In this document: one piece after another, positions 10,941 to 19,485 of the stretch
Numbering within the stretch: the stretch's first letter is position 1
Layout: every line of letters begins with the position of its first letter
Source: Paramicrosporidium saccamoebae KSL3
Taxonomy: Eukaryota > Fungi > Cryptomycota
Reading direction: 5' to 3'
Length of the DNA: 32,000 bases
Assembly: GCA_002794465.1 (NCBI GenBank)
Contig: MTSL01000178.1
Location: forward strand, 54,025-86,024
Notes under the pieces: generated by a model
What the model saw: the letters and a program-made list of their open reading frames with translations, nothing else
Databases searched by the model: none
Told to the model about the DNA's origin: nothing
Program-made: the position numbers and the translations under genes

Positions 10941-11887
10941 TCATTTACTCTTTGATAAGCCTCTAAAACTATGAGGGTGCTTGTAAAGCTGCCATGTGAG
11001 CGTCACCGGTAGCCATTTGTCTAGTTTATATAAAGAGGCACTGGACAGATCAAAGTCTTGCATTTGGAGAGCGTCCAAATATTGGGCCGATAATTTGGCT
11101 GGGAGAAAGATCCTCCGCAAGAGGGGGTGCTTGGGAGATGCTTTTTCCATATACTTTTCAGCATGTGACAGGTGAATGTAGGCAGTATCCGCCATATTGT
11201 GTATACAGTTCCGTGGTCCTTCCTCTGACCAAATGGCATCTTGTTTCAAGGATTCTTGTGATATTCCTGCTTTGGATAGCAAGCTCATCGGAATACCCGA
11301 ATCTAGGCCTTTGCGGCTGAGAGAGACGGCGCTTTTAATAAAAGCTACAATTCCCAGTGCCTTTCCCACATGAGACGCAACATGATCAGCATCCAAATCC
11401 TTGATTCCGCAGTACTCTAGTAGAATACACAACAAATTAGAAAACGTCTTCTCAGAGTAATTTTCAATCTCAGACATGTCAAAGTACACGGGCTTTGTCA
11501 GATCATTCGTCTAGCCGATATTAAACATTGGAGGTGTGTACCTTTGCGTCAAGGAATTGACGCAGTCGGAACTGTATGGTGCCGTGTCCGGAGCTGTACA
11601 TGTTGAGAATCGATAAAATTGGATTGTCCATTTCCCTGTTCTAAAATTATGCCGGAAATATGTCATACATTCATTAGGCCATTTTCCCAAAACTGTATCC
11701 GGTTCAGTGACAAATCTAGTCTGGTACTGGTTGCTTTTATGCGAGCAGCCTCGATATTGAAAGCTCCCAGAGCAAACTTGAGGGTGCATACATCAGGTGG
11801 GAGATAACCTGCACAGAGATAATCCAAGTAATCATTCCTCTTTACGAGACTTTTGCAATGGTCGATGGCCGCCTTGGAAACTTTCAT
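10941..11887 (-). CDS. NDUFAF6: Complex I assembly factor NDUFAF6 (squalene/phytoene synthase fold)
   Basis: Exons 11887-11669, 11640-11542 and 11510-10941 with introns of 28 and 31 nt; 295 aa. HCKSLVKRNDYLDYLC, FALGAFNIE, RIQFW, ENYSEKT, ADHVASHVGKALGI, MADTAYIHLSHA. Confidence 0.85.
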
Positions 11888-11995
11888 GGCCCGCCAATCA
11901 GGTCACTCCTGAGGGCACGGTGTTACTAAAAGTAGTGATTTGATTAGGTTATAATTAGAGGGACTCTGCTACTGGCTGGCATTGAATACTCCATC

Positions 11996-12388
11996 ATGAT
12001 CCAGCTAGTCGATTTCATTTTCATGTGCATGGCCATTTGCTCAGTTGTGGCATTGCCAACTAACCCTTTGAACACATGGGATCCCGCAGTACATCAGATG
12101 CCAGAATACGATGCATGGGTGGCACGTCTACGTGATGACATTACCAACAAAAAGTATGAAATCTTTAAGCCCGAAGACTTGATCGCCCACGACAAGTTTA
12201 ACATTGCAGATGGATTCAACGTGGACCTCACAGTCGTGGAAGAGATTCAGTTTAAAGGCGATCCCGTCATTGCTGTCGAACAGGAGATGCACAAAATTAG
12301 AGAGTTGCTGCGTGTGAACAACGACAAGAGCAAGAAGAAAGGTAGCTGGAACTGGATGTTATCCAAGCAAAAGGCCAAGAAAAACTAA
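11996..12388 (+). CDS. Small orphan protein with a predicted signal peptide and a Lys-rich C-terminus (130 aa)
   Basis: ATG-started ORF that fills the gap between NDUFAF6 and ARP4. Hydrophobic N-terminus ending VVA|LP; C-terminus KSKKKGSWNWMLSKQKAKKN. Confidence 0.7.
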   Translation: MIQLVDFIFMCMAICSVVALPTNPLNTWDPAVHQMPEYDAWVARLRDDITNKKYEIFKPEDLIAHDKFNIADGFNVDLTVVEEIQFKGDPVIAVEQEMHKIRELLRVNNDKSKKKGSWNWMLSKQKAKKN

Positions 12389-12420
12389 AAAGAAATAAAC
12401 CATTTCTGTGGTAAAATTTC

Positions 12421-13728
12421 ATGACCTTTGTAGCTGGTACGCAGACTGGTTTTGCATTTATACCCTTTTGTAGACGAAGTGTGCAGTATTGTCGTGGATT
12501 TAGGGACTCGTCAGCTCAGAGTGGGATACTCGGGCGACGAGCGACCAAGTGTGGTGATTCCCTCGCAGGTTGGAACAGTTACAGACGGACAGTATTTCTT
12601 TGGCGATCTTGCCCTGTCCTTCCCTCGGGCCAGCATGGAAATTAAGCCAGTAATCAGCGGCACTGAAGTGCTTGACTGGAATCTGTTGGAAAAGCTACTG
12701 GTGCACTCGGTGGGAGAGAAGTTGGGCGCAAAATGGACTGAACACCCAGTCCTGTTCGTGGACAATCCCATGTGGAGTCGTGAGACCCGGGAAAAGTTGG
12801 TGCAAATGTTCTTTGACAAATTCGACGTTCCTGCCGTCTTTTTAGGACGCGCTCCAGTGCTTGCCGCGTTTGCTATGGGGAAACACTCTGCGTTGGTCAT
12901 AGACTGTGGAGCGTCCGCTATTCGCGTCGGTCCCATTTTCGAAGGATACCTGATCAAGGCCGGTGCACTGCACCAGCCCCTTCTTGGAGGAGATGCTTTG
13001 ACATCTCAAGCACGCACAATTCTGCTGGATGATTTAAAAATTGGTCCTCTGCACATTCCACAGCAAGTGGAGCACAAATTTCCGGTGGAGTTATCCCAGC
13101 CCGCAAAGATGGAACCAAAGATGCTTAAAGACGTTACCGATTCGTTCATGACGTATCACCAAAACCTGGTTCTTGATGATTTCAAAGAGAGCACTGTTCA
13201 GATCAGCGAGCTCTCGTTCAACGGAACCGAGCTTGCTCGTCGTCCTCCCAAATACTATGAATTTCCTGACGGATATAACCGTAATTTTGTCATTGATCGG
13301 TTCCGTCTGGGCGAGCAATTGTTCCATCCGGGCCAATTTCGTCACCAAACTGGCGAACCCGCTCCTAGTTCCGTGATCGGCTTGGCGGAACTGATTAATA
13401 AGAGCTTGCAACAGTGTGACGCAGAAGTGCGCGGTTCCCTAATTGGAAATCTGATACTTACTGGTGGAGGAAGTTCGCTCAATGGACTCTCCGAGAGGCT
13501 CAATTTTGAGTTGGGGCGCATGCCAACATATGTAAGATTTCTTAATGGGTAGTCATTTCATAGGGTCGCGTTCGTGTTCAGATTAGTCCTTCAAGCCACG
13601 AGCGTCGTTTCGGAGCCTGGATTGGCGGGTCTATTTTGGCATCCCTATCCACGTTCCAGCAATTATGGCTTACCAAACAAGAGTACAAGGAGCATGGAGC
13701 ATCTTACATTGATCGAAAATGTCCGTAA
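12421..13728 (+). CDS. ARP4: Actin-related protein 4 (NuA4/INO80/SWR1)
   Basis: Introns 12437-12473 and 13532-13563; 412 aa. N-terminal [44 protein letters not shown]-terminal RKCP typical of Arp4/ACTL6. Confidence 0.92.
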
Positions 13729-14086
13729 ATAAAATATTGTGAGATATAGCATATTGGTAGAGTAATGAAACATTTAACCAGGTGCTGGGCGCTGGATAGT
13801 GGCCCAAATATGGAAGGAAAGTCAGGGGCGAGTAATAAGCGTATTGACTTTCCAATGTTAGAACGCTTCCGATGAAGCCTTAATCTGTTGCTAGTTCTTT
13901 GTCGTCCATTTAAAAATATATTGGCCCTGCATAGCGTATCGGCAGATTAGAGATCCCAACAAAAATACAGAATTGTGAGTAGTTTATAAGTATTTTTGTC
14001 ATATCCCTGGTCCGTCGATACACTATCCCACATTTATAATATCTTTATTGCTGCGCCCCGGCCAAGGCGGTCTCAGGCTCGTGAAA

Positions 14087-15478
14087 ATGACGAAAAATGC
14101 CAAGGACTCGGCACCTATTAAAGTCACAGTGGTATCGGCATCCAATTCTGAAACAAGCATTGGAAAGCCTTTAATAGGTAGACTGTCGAGACTCGGTTTA
14201 ATAATTCTAGTCGACGATGCTTCATTCTGTACATGTGAGAAAGACTTTACTCTGGAACGAAACCGTCAACCGCGCAAGTGGTCGCATCTCCAGCTAACCT
14301 CCGAGACCGACCGTATTAAATATCGTGCAGTCAATTTCGGCGAACATTCTGCGGTTACGCTTCCTTACCGATATGCAGTCGCCCTTGTTGACACTGCGAA
14401 GCAGTCTGCACAACTTTACGATGCCGATCTCCTAGTAACTAGTCGTATCATTAAGAGTCTGGAGGCTTCAGACAATGTGACTAGAGATGAACCAAAGGTC
14501 TTGACTGGAAAAGAGGCCACTAGCGAATACTACAAAGCCAAGGCTCTATTGGGAGAGTCCTTTGGTACGAAAAAGACGAGACAAATGCTCAGCTCCCTTG
14601 ACCGGAATAAGATTGATATGGAGCAGCTCGCTACGCAATCAACGTTCATCTCGCGTAACCTGGACTCCTCCATCAGTCGCATTTCGGAAAAAAAAGATGG
14701 GGATGCCGAATCGGCCGTGGAGACGACATCTGAGGGCGGTACTCTGGTTAGTAATGACGGTATTCTACCGCCACACAGCACGTCGACAAGAAAGGTGGAT
14801 GAAATTTATCGAATGCAAGACTTGATTCCACAGGAAATCTACTATTCCCTGGATGTTTCGCCGATTGTCGATGCTCTAAATAAGAAGGATGCTAATGCGT
14901 TGACAGAAATCACTACGCCTTATAATTTCCACGAAATGGTCGGACACCGACTTAGATCCTTGGCAGCGCTAACTAGTATGCCCTCAGATGCTGATTTGAC
15001 CCATACTGTCCGGTGTCTTGTGTACTTGAATTACTTGATGAGCTTCCGGACTCTGAATGAAGCAAAGATCAACGGTAATGTGGGCCATTTCCTATCCATG
15101 GCCACCTTTGATGTGACAACTGGATTGCTCCGTCAATTTACAGAAGTGGTCACGGTCGGAAATGGAAAGCAGCGCTACAAGCTTTCGTCCATTTGTCGGG
15201 ATCGTCTGGTCAGCTACATTTGTATCCTCGTCCTCACCTTGGATGGTTTCCGTACCAACACTGCCCGCTTAAGTGTGGCGTTGCAGCAGCCAGCTACAAA
15301 GACGGCAGACTATCTCCGAGCAGTCGGATGCACCGTGGAGAAGCCTGATCGGGAGGAGCCCACAAAGTTTGTCGTCCCAGGAACCGGTCGGGAGATTCCG
15401 GTAAAGATGGCAGTGTTAAAGGCACCATTGACAATAATCTCCTCAAAATCTCGTGGCCCACCTCGCGGAAGAAAATAA
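14087..15478 (+). CDS. RPA49: RNA polymerase I subunit A49
   Basis: LLGESFGTKKTRQMLSSLDRNKID, HSTSTRKVDEIY, YICILVLTLDGF, YLRAVGC, AVLKAPL. First ATG at 14087. Probable in-frame intron at 14178-14210. Confidence 0.85.
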   Translation: MTKNAKDSAPIKVTVVSASNSETSIGKPLIGRLSRLGLIILVDDASFCTCEKDFTLERNRQPRKWSHLQLTSETDRIKYRAVNFGEHSAVTLPYRYAVALVDTAKQSAQLYDADLLVTSRIIKSLEASDNVTRDEPKVLTGKEATSEYYKAKALLGESFGTKKTRQMLSSLDRNKIDMEQLATQSTFISRNLDSSISRISEKKDGDAESAVETTSEGGTLVSNDGILPPHSTSTRKVDEIYRMQDLIPQEIYYSLDVSPIVDALNKKDANALTEITTPYNFHEMVGHRLRSLAALTSMPSDADLTHTVRCLVYLNYLMSFRTLNEAKINGNVGHFLSMATFDVTTGLLRQFTEVVTVGNGKQRYKLSSICRDRLVSYICILVLTLDGFRTNTARLSVALQQPATKTADYLRAVGCTVEKPDREEPTKFVVPGTGREIPVKMAVLKAPLTIISSKSRGPPRGRK

Positions 15479-15539
15479 TGACAGTGCACGTTTATTTACA
15501 AAGCTCTGATATAGAATTATATAAAGCCAAAACATTTCC

Positions 15540-16373
15540 TTAATCAGCCTCTAGTTTGGCTCTCAACTGCTTGCGCTCGGCAGCTTGGCGCATCCTCATC
15601 AAGGTCAAGCTTTCAAAATCTTTTGGATTCGCCTTTTTAGGCTCATCTGGAGTGTCAATTACCACTGGAGGATGTCCCTTTGCCCAAGAAAAGGACAATG
15701 GTTTGAGCAGATGCCTGTCAGCGTCCATCATTACACTTTTTGCAGTAAGAATATCAGTAAATTGAACAATGCCACTTTTCTGTTTTTTCGAAATCAACAC
15801 GCTCTCTACTGTGCCATAGGGCTTTAGAGTTTCTTTGATTTTCTCTTCGCTTAGAATCGACTCGGCAGATATCTTTAGTGTTCGATCCAGATCATCAAAC
15901 AGTGCTTTCCCCGGCACGCCCTCCTCAGTCTGTTTCTCGCGTTCCTTTCTATCGGCTTCTAGTTGGGCCTCTTTCCGAATCCGCTCCATTTCGTGCTGTA
16001 ATCTGATTTCAGCCTCCTCTTCATCCGCTTTCCTCTTTCTAGCTTCCTTCTCCTTCCTAAGCAGTTCATCACGCATTCCCCGTCGTGTAGAGTCAAACTC
16101 AGCCTCTCTCTGCTTTTGAGCCATTCGACCGGCCAGCACCGCATCAAAGGCACGGCGTGCCTCGACGTCAGTCAAGACTTGGTATGCCTTGGAAAGGACG
16201 TGGAATCTCTGTACAGACTCTGTAGACGTGCTCTTGTCCGGATGATATTTCAGCGCCAGGCCACGATATGCAGATGAAATTTCCTTTGCAGTGGCGTCGC
16301 CACTGATTCCAAGAACCTGATAATAGTCGACCCATTCCCTGCCGCTCATCCACCTCCCTGGTCTTTCTCTCAT
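15540..16373 (-). CDS. CWC23: J-domain plus RRM spliceosome co-chaperone (Cwc23/DNAJC17)
   Basis: DYYQVLG...YHPDK J domain, charged coiled coil, RRM-like C-terminal part (YGTVESVLI...GIVQF) and DFESLTLMRMRQAAERKQL. Start at 16373 or 16349. Confidence 0.88.
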   Translation of the reverse strand: MRERPGRWMSGREWVDYYQVLGISGDATAKEISSAYRGLALKYHPDKSTSTESVQRFHVLSKAYQVLTDVEARRAFDAVLAGRMAQKQREAEFDSTRRGMRDELLRKEKEARKRKADEEEAEIRLQHEMERIRKEAQLEADRKEREKQTEEGVPGKALFDDLDRTLKISAESILSEEKIKETLKPYGTVESVLISKKQKSGIVQFTDILTAKSVMMDADRHLLKPLSFSWAKGHPPVVIDTPDEPKKANPKDFESLTLMRMRQAAERKQLRAKLEAD

Positions 16374-16377
16374 TCAA
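16350..16377. promoter_or_regulatory. Minimal divergent junction, CWC23/MRPS16
   Basis: CAT-TCAA-ATG at 16371-16380; a 4-nt or 28-nt gap depending on which CWC23 ATG is used. Confidence 0.4.
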
Positions 16378-16748
16378 ATGCCAGTTCGAATTCGTCTTGC
16401 TCGCATTGGATGCCGCCATGATCCCCACTACCGTATTAATGTGGCAAATTCATGGGCTAAGAGAGACGGGCGACATATAGAAAAACTGGGCGAGTATCAT
16501 GCCCAACCTGACCAAAGCGGAGTCAAGAGAATTTCGTTGGATTTTGCGAGGACAAAATATTGGCTTAGTGTAGGCGCACAGCCCACTGACACGGTTGCAA
16601 GACTGTTGGGAAAGGTAAAGCTTATTGAGTGTATTGACATCTGTAGGCCGGAATCCTTCCTTCCATTCCGCGAGGCCCCGTCCGTGTAAATAATACTTGC
16701 ATCCTGGAGAGTGCCGATTCAAAAAATGCTCCCAAGTATGTTGAATAA
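16378..16748 (+). CDS. MRPS16: Mitochondrial ribosomal protein bS16m
   Basis: VRIRLARIG...HYRINVA...RDGRHIEKLGEY...KYWLSVGAQPTDTVARLLGK; intron 16615-16646 then AGILP; 112 aa. Confidence 0.92.
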
Positions 16749-16799
16749 AGAATATCCGTGTTAATACACTAGACTGCAGGATAGCCATGTTGCAGGGCC

Positions 16800-19475
16800 A
16801 TGGAGGAAAAGGAGTCGACAGGTGACGGCACGGCCAGAAATAATGAATTTGGACAGCACATCGTAGTGAAGCAAGAAAACCTTGGTCCTCGACAGGCTGA
16901 GGGACTTGCCCAGCGCGGTAAAATATTCTCTGGTATTGTCGCCCAAGTTAATGGCCCTCCTCAACACGAATTAGAGGACATGATTGTACAGCATGGAGGT
17001 CGCTTCGAACAGTATCACGCTTCTCCTGTCACCCACATGATTGCTACAACACCTTCAGATACCGAAATAGGACAGCTACAACTAGAAAGGCTGGTTGTCA
17101 AGCCTCAATGGATTACAGACAGTATAAGAGATAAAAGACTATTGCCGGTTGATGAGTACCAGCTATGTGCGCAAGCTCATAACAAGAACCCGTCAACTCT
17201 TTCAGTTGTTAAAGCAACTAATAAGATTGATGTGACTAAGAATGAGAATGAGAATGAGAATGGGAGTGAGAACGAGAACGAGACTTGTCGGTTTTCTGAC
17301 GATTTCGTGGCTGAGAACGAGACTTGTCGTTTTTCTGACGATTCCGTGATCGAAGATGAGACCCGTCGTTCTTATGACGACTTTGTGGCCGAGAATGAAA
17401 CTTGTCGTCCATCTCTTGAAGAGGCATGGCACAGTGACATTGCTGATTCTGAAATTGGGACTGGAAATCCGATCCATCACCTGCGTCTGACCGACGCCAA
17501 TGATCCTAATTTCTTGGAGCACTATTTTGCTGCATCCCGCCTGCACCATCTATCAACTTGGCGTGAAGATTTGAAACTTTTTGCCCAGTCGCTAATGCGC
17601 AAGAGAAAGAAGAAACTACATAGTGGTCCACGTGTGTTATTTCACGTTGACATGGATTGCTTCTTCGCTTCCGTTAGTCTTCGCGATAGGCAAGATCTGG
17701 TGGCTAAACCTGTGGCCATTACTCATGCAGCGAACCGTCAAGACGGCGCCATGAAGCTAAAAGATTCTAGTAGTGATTTAGCATCTTGTAATTATGCAGC
17801 AAGAGAGTTTGGGTTAAGGAATGGAATGTACATTAAAACTGCTCTGCAGCTTTGCCCAAGCCTCACTCTTTTGCCTTATGAATATGAAAAATACCAACAA
17901 GTTTCCTACGAGCTCTATCGAATATTGGCCAATTATGCTGATGAGCTTCAGGCTGTGAGTTGTGATGAGGTGTTTATTGATGTCTCATCTGCATTTCCCA
18001 ATGACCCATCTACAGTAGTTGATCCTTCAAATTTGGCTGAGGAGATTAGAAAAGTAATATACCAAAAACTGGGTTGCAATGCATCCATCGGAATTGGCTC
18101 CAATCTGCTACTCGCACGATTGGCTACCAAGAAGGCTAAACCAAATGGTCAGTTCTATTTAAAGGAGGACATGGTCTCTGAGTATTTCCAAACCTTGCCT
18201 TTGTCGAATATTCCCGGTGTGGGCTGGTCAATTGAGCGTCGACTGAGTGAGAACGGATGGAAAACTTGCGGCGATCTATTGTCAGTTCCATTGTCCAGGT
18301 TGCGAGAACTCTTTGGTCCAAAACAAGGATCCACGCTATATGAACGGGCACGCGGAATCGATAATCGACTAATATCTGAATCGAAGCCACGTCAGAGTGT
18401 TGGTGCCGATATTACCTGGGGAGTTCGGTTTGAAACTCGAGATCAATTGTATGATTTTGTCAACCGTCTCTCAGTTCACGTGTTTTCAAAGTTAGAAGTG
18501 GCTCGGCTGGTATCTTATAAGGTTCAATTCCGACTTTTACGACGGACACCTGGTGCAGGTGAGCCGATTAAGCGTCTTGGGCATGGAGAGTGTGATGCCT
18601 TTTCCAAGACCAGGCGTTTGGGAGGCGGTATAACTTCTGCTATGGCTTTGCAAGAAGCGTGCCGGGTGCTTTGTAATTCTTTAAGTATTCCTCCCGGAGA
18701 AATCCGTGGTGTCGGCATATTTCTTAGCGATCTTGCAGAGAAGGAGCCGGGTCCAAAGCAAACCAGTGTTCTTTCACTAATGGAACAAGGCCAAGTCGAT
18801 CCTATCGAAAGGGTTCTTAAAATGTTGGGCTACAGCCAGGATGTTTTTGACGAACTTTCAGAGGAGCTTCGTCAAGAAATCATTTCAGAAGCAACAATGA
18901 AGAGGCACGCCGAGATTTCACCTACCAAGCAGTGTCAGCCACCAGCTAAACAGCGTAAATTACCTGTCAAGTTATCCGCTGTGAAAAGGGAAACCAAGAT
19001 GGCAAAAACATCAATTATTGACATGCTTGCGTCTCGACCCTCCGCTCCCACTGGAGTGCCGCAAGAAATCGATCAAACTGTTTTTGATGCGCTGCCAGAG
19101 GAGATTCAGAACGAGTTACGAGAACACTACAGGCTTGCTAAACCTATGACGCACGAATTGCTGACTGCTCCAATAGCTGATTGTATACCAGGCTTTTGCG
19201 GAATGCATAATATTGAAGAAATCCACAAATGGTTTTCAAAAAGACTCCAAGATGAACCAGCGGCAGTGGTCAAAGTGGATATCCTTGACCTGACCGAATA
19301 TGCAATCCAACTTGTCAGCCTCGGTGGATTTACAGAGTACGTTCGTGTCGTGTTCAGGTATATTGTTGCAATTCCAAAGGAAAACGTGCATCTATTGCCA
19401 ACTGTTCAGTTGGCCGTAGACAAACTGCAGAATGCATTCAAATCGGCATACGGGACATCGATATCTTTAGAATGA
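16800..19475 (+). CDS. REV1: Rev1 translesion deoxycytidyl transferase (Y-family polymerase)
   Basis: N-terminal BRCT, SRLHHLSTW, HVDMDCFFASV, SCNYAAREFG, SCDE catalytic motif, UBM-like DQTVFDALPEEIQNEL; 891 aa with no intron needed. Confidence 0.96.
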   Translation: MEEKESTGDGTARNNEFGQHIVVKQENLGPRQAEGLAQRGKIFSGIVAQVNGPPQHELEDMIVQHGGRFEQYHASPVTHMIATTPSDTEIGQLQLERLVVKPQWITDSIRDKRLLPVDEYQLCAQAHNKNPSTLSVVKATNKIDVTKNENENENGSENENETCRFSDDFVAENETCRFSDDSVIEDETRRSYDDFVAENETCRPSLEEAWHSDIADSEIGTGNPIHHLRLTDANDPNFLEHYFAASRLHHLSTWREDLKLFAQSLMRKRKKKLHSGPRVLFHVDMDCFFASVSLRDRQDLVAKPVAITHAANRQDGAMKLKDSSSDLASCNYAAREFGLRNGMYIKTALQLCPSLTLLPYEYEKYQQVSYELYRILANYADELQAVSCDEVFIDVSSAFPNDPSTVVDPSNLAEEIRKVIYQKLGCNASIGIGSNLLLARLATKKAKPNGQFYLKEDMVSEYFQTLPLSNIPGVGWSIERRLSENGWKTCGDLLSVPLSRLRELFGPKQGSTLYERARGIDNRLISESKPRQSVGADITWGVRFETRDQLYDFVNRLSVHVFSKLEVARLVSYKVQFRLLRRTPGAGEPIKRLGHGECDAFSKTRRLGGGITSAMALQEACRVLCNSLSIPPGEIRGVGIFLSDLAEKEPGPKQTSVLSLMEQGQVDPIERVLKMLGYSQDVFDELSEELRQEIISEATMKRHAEISPTKQCQPPAKQRKLPVKLSAVKRETKMAKTSIIDMLASRPSAPTGVPQEIDQTVFDALPEEIQNELREHYRLAKPMTHELLTAPIADCIPGFCGMHNIEEIHKWFSKRLQDEPAAVVKVDILDLTEYAIQLVSLGGFTEYVRVVFRYIVAIPKENVHLLPTVQLAVDKLQNAFKSAYGTSISLE
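17239..17282 (+). repeat. Coding GAGAAY hexanucleotide microsatellite (Glu-Asn repeat) in REV1
   Basis: aagaatgagaatgagaatgagaatgggagtgagaacgagaacgag encodes KNENENENGSENENE. Confidence 0.9.
17274..17409 (+). repeat. 39-nt coding tandem repeat, about 3.5 copies, in the REV1 linker
   Basis: Units start at 17274, 17313, 17352 and 17391: ENETCRFSDDFVA / ENETCRFSDDSVI / EDETRRSYDDFVA / ENETCR. Confidence 0.92.
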
Positions 19476-19485
19476 CAAACAACGT

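Noticed and set aside
13730-14086. Possible small gene between ARP4 and RPA49
   Set aside because: Only a TTG-started 61-aa ORF and very short ATG ORFs; no intron-supported model or RNA motif was found.
17274-17409. 39-nt repeats as a CRISPR-like array or mobile element
   Set aside because: The units are directly adjacent with no spacers, are in frame inside REV1, and diverge like a coding minisatellite.
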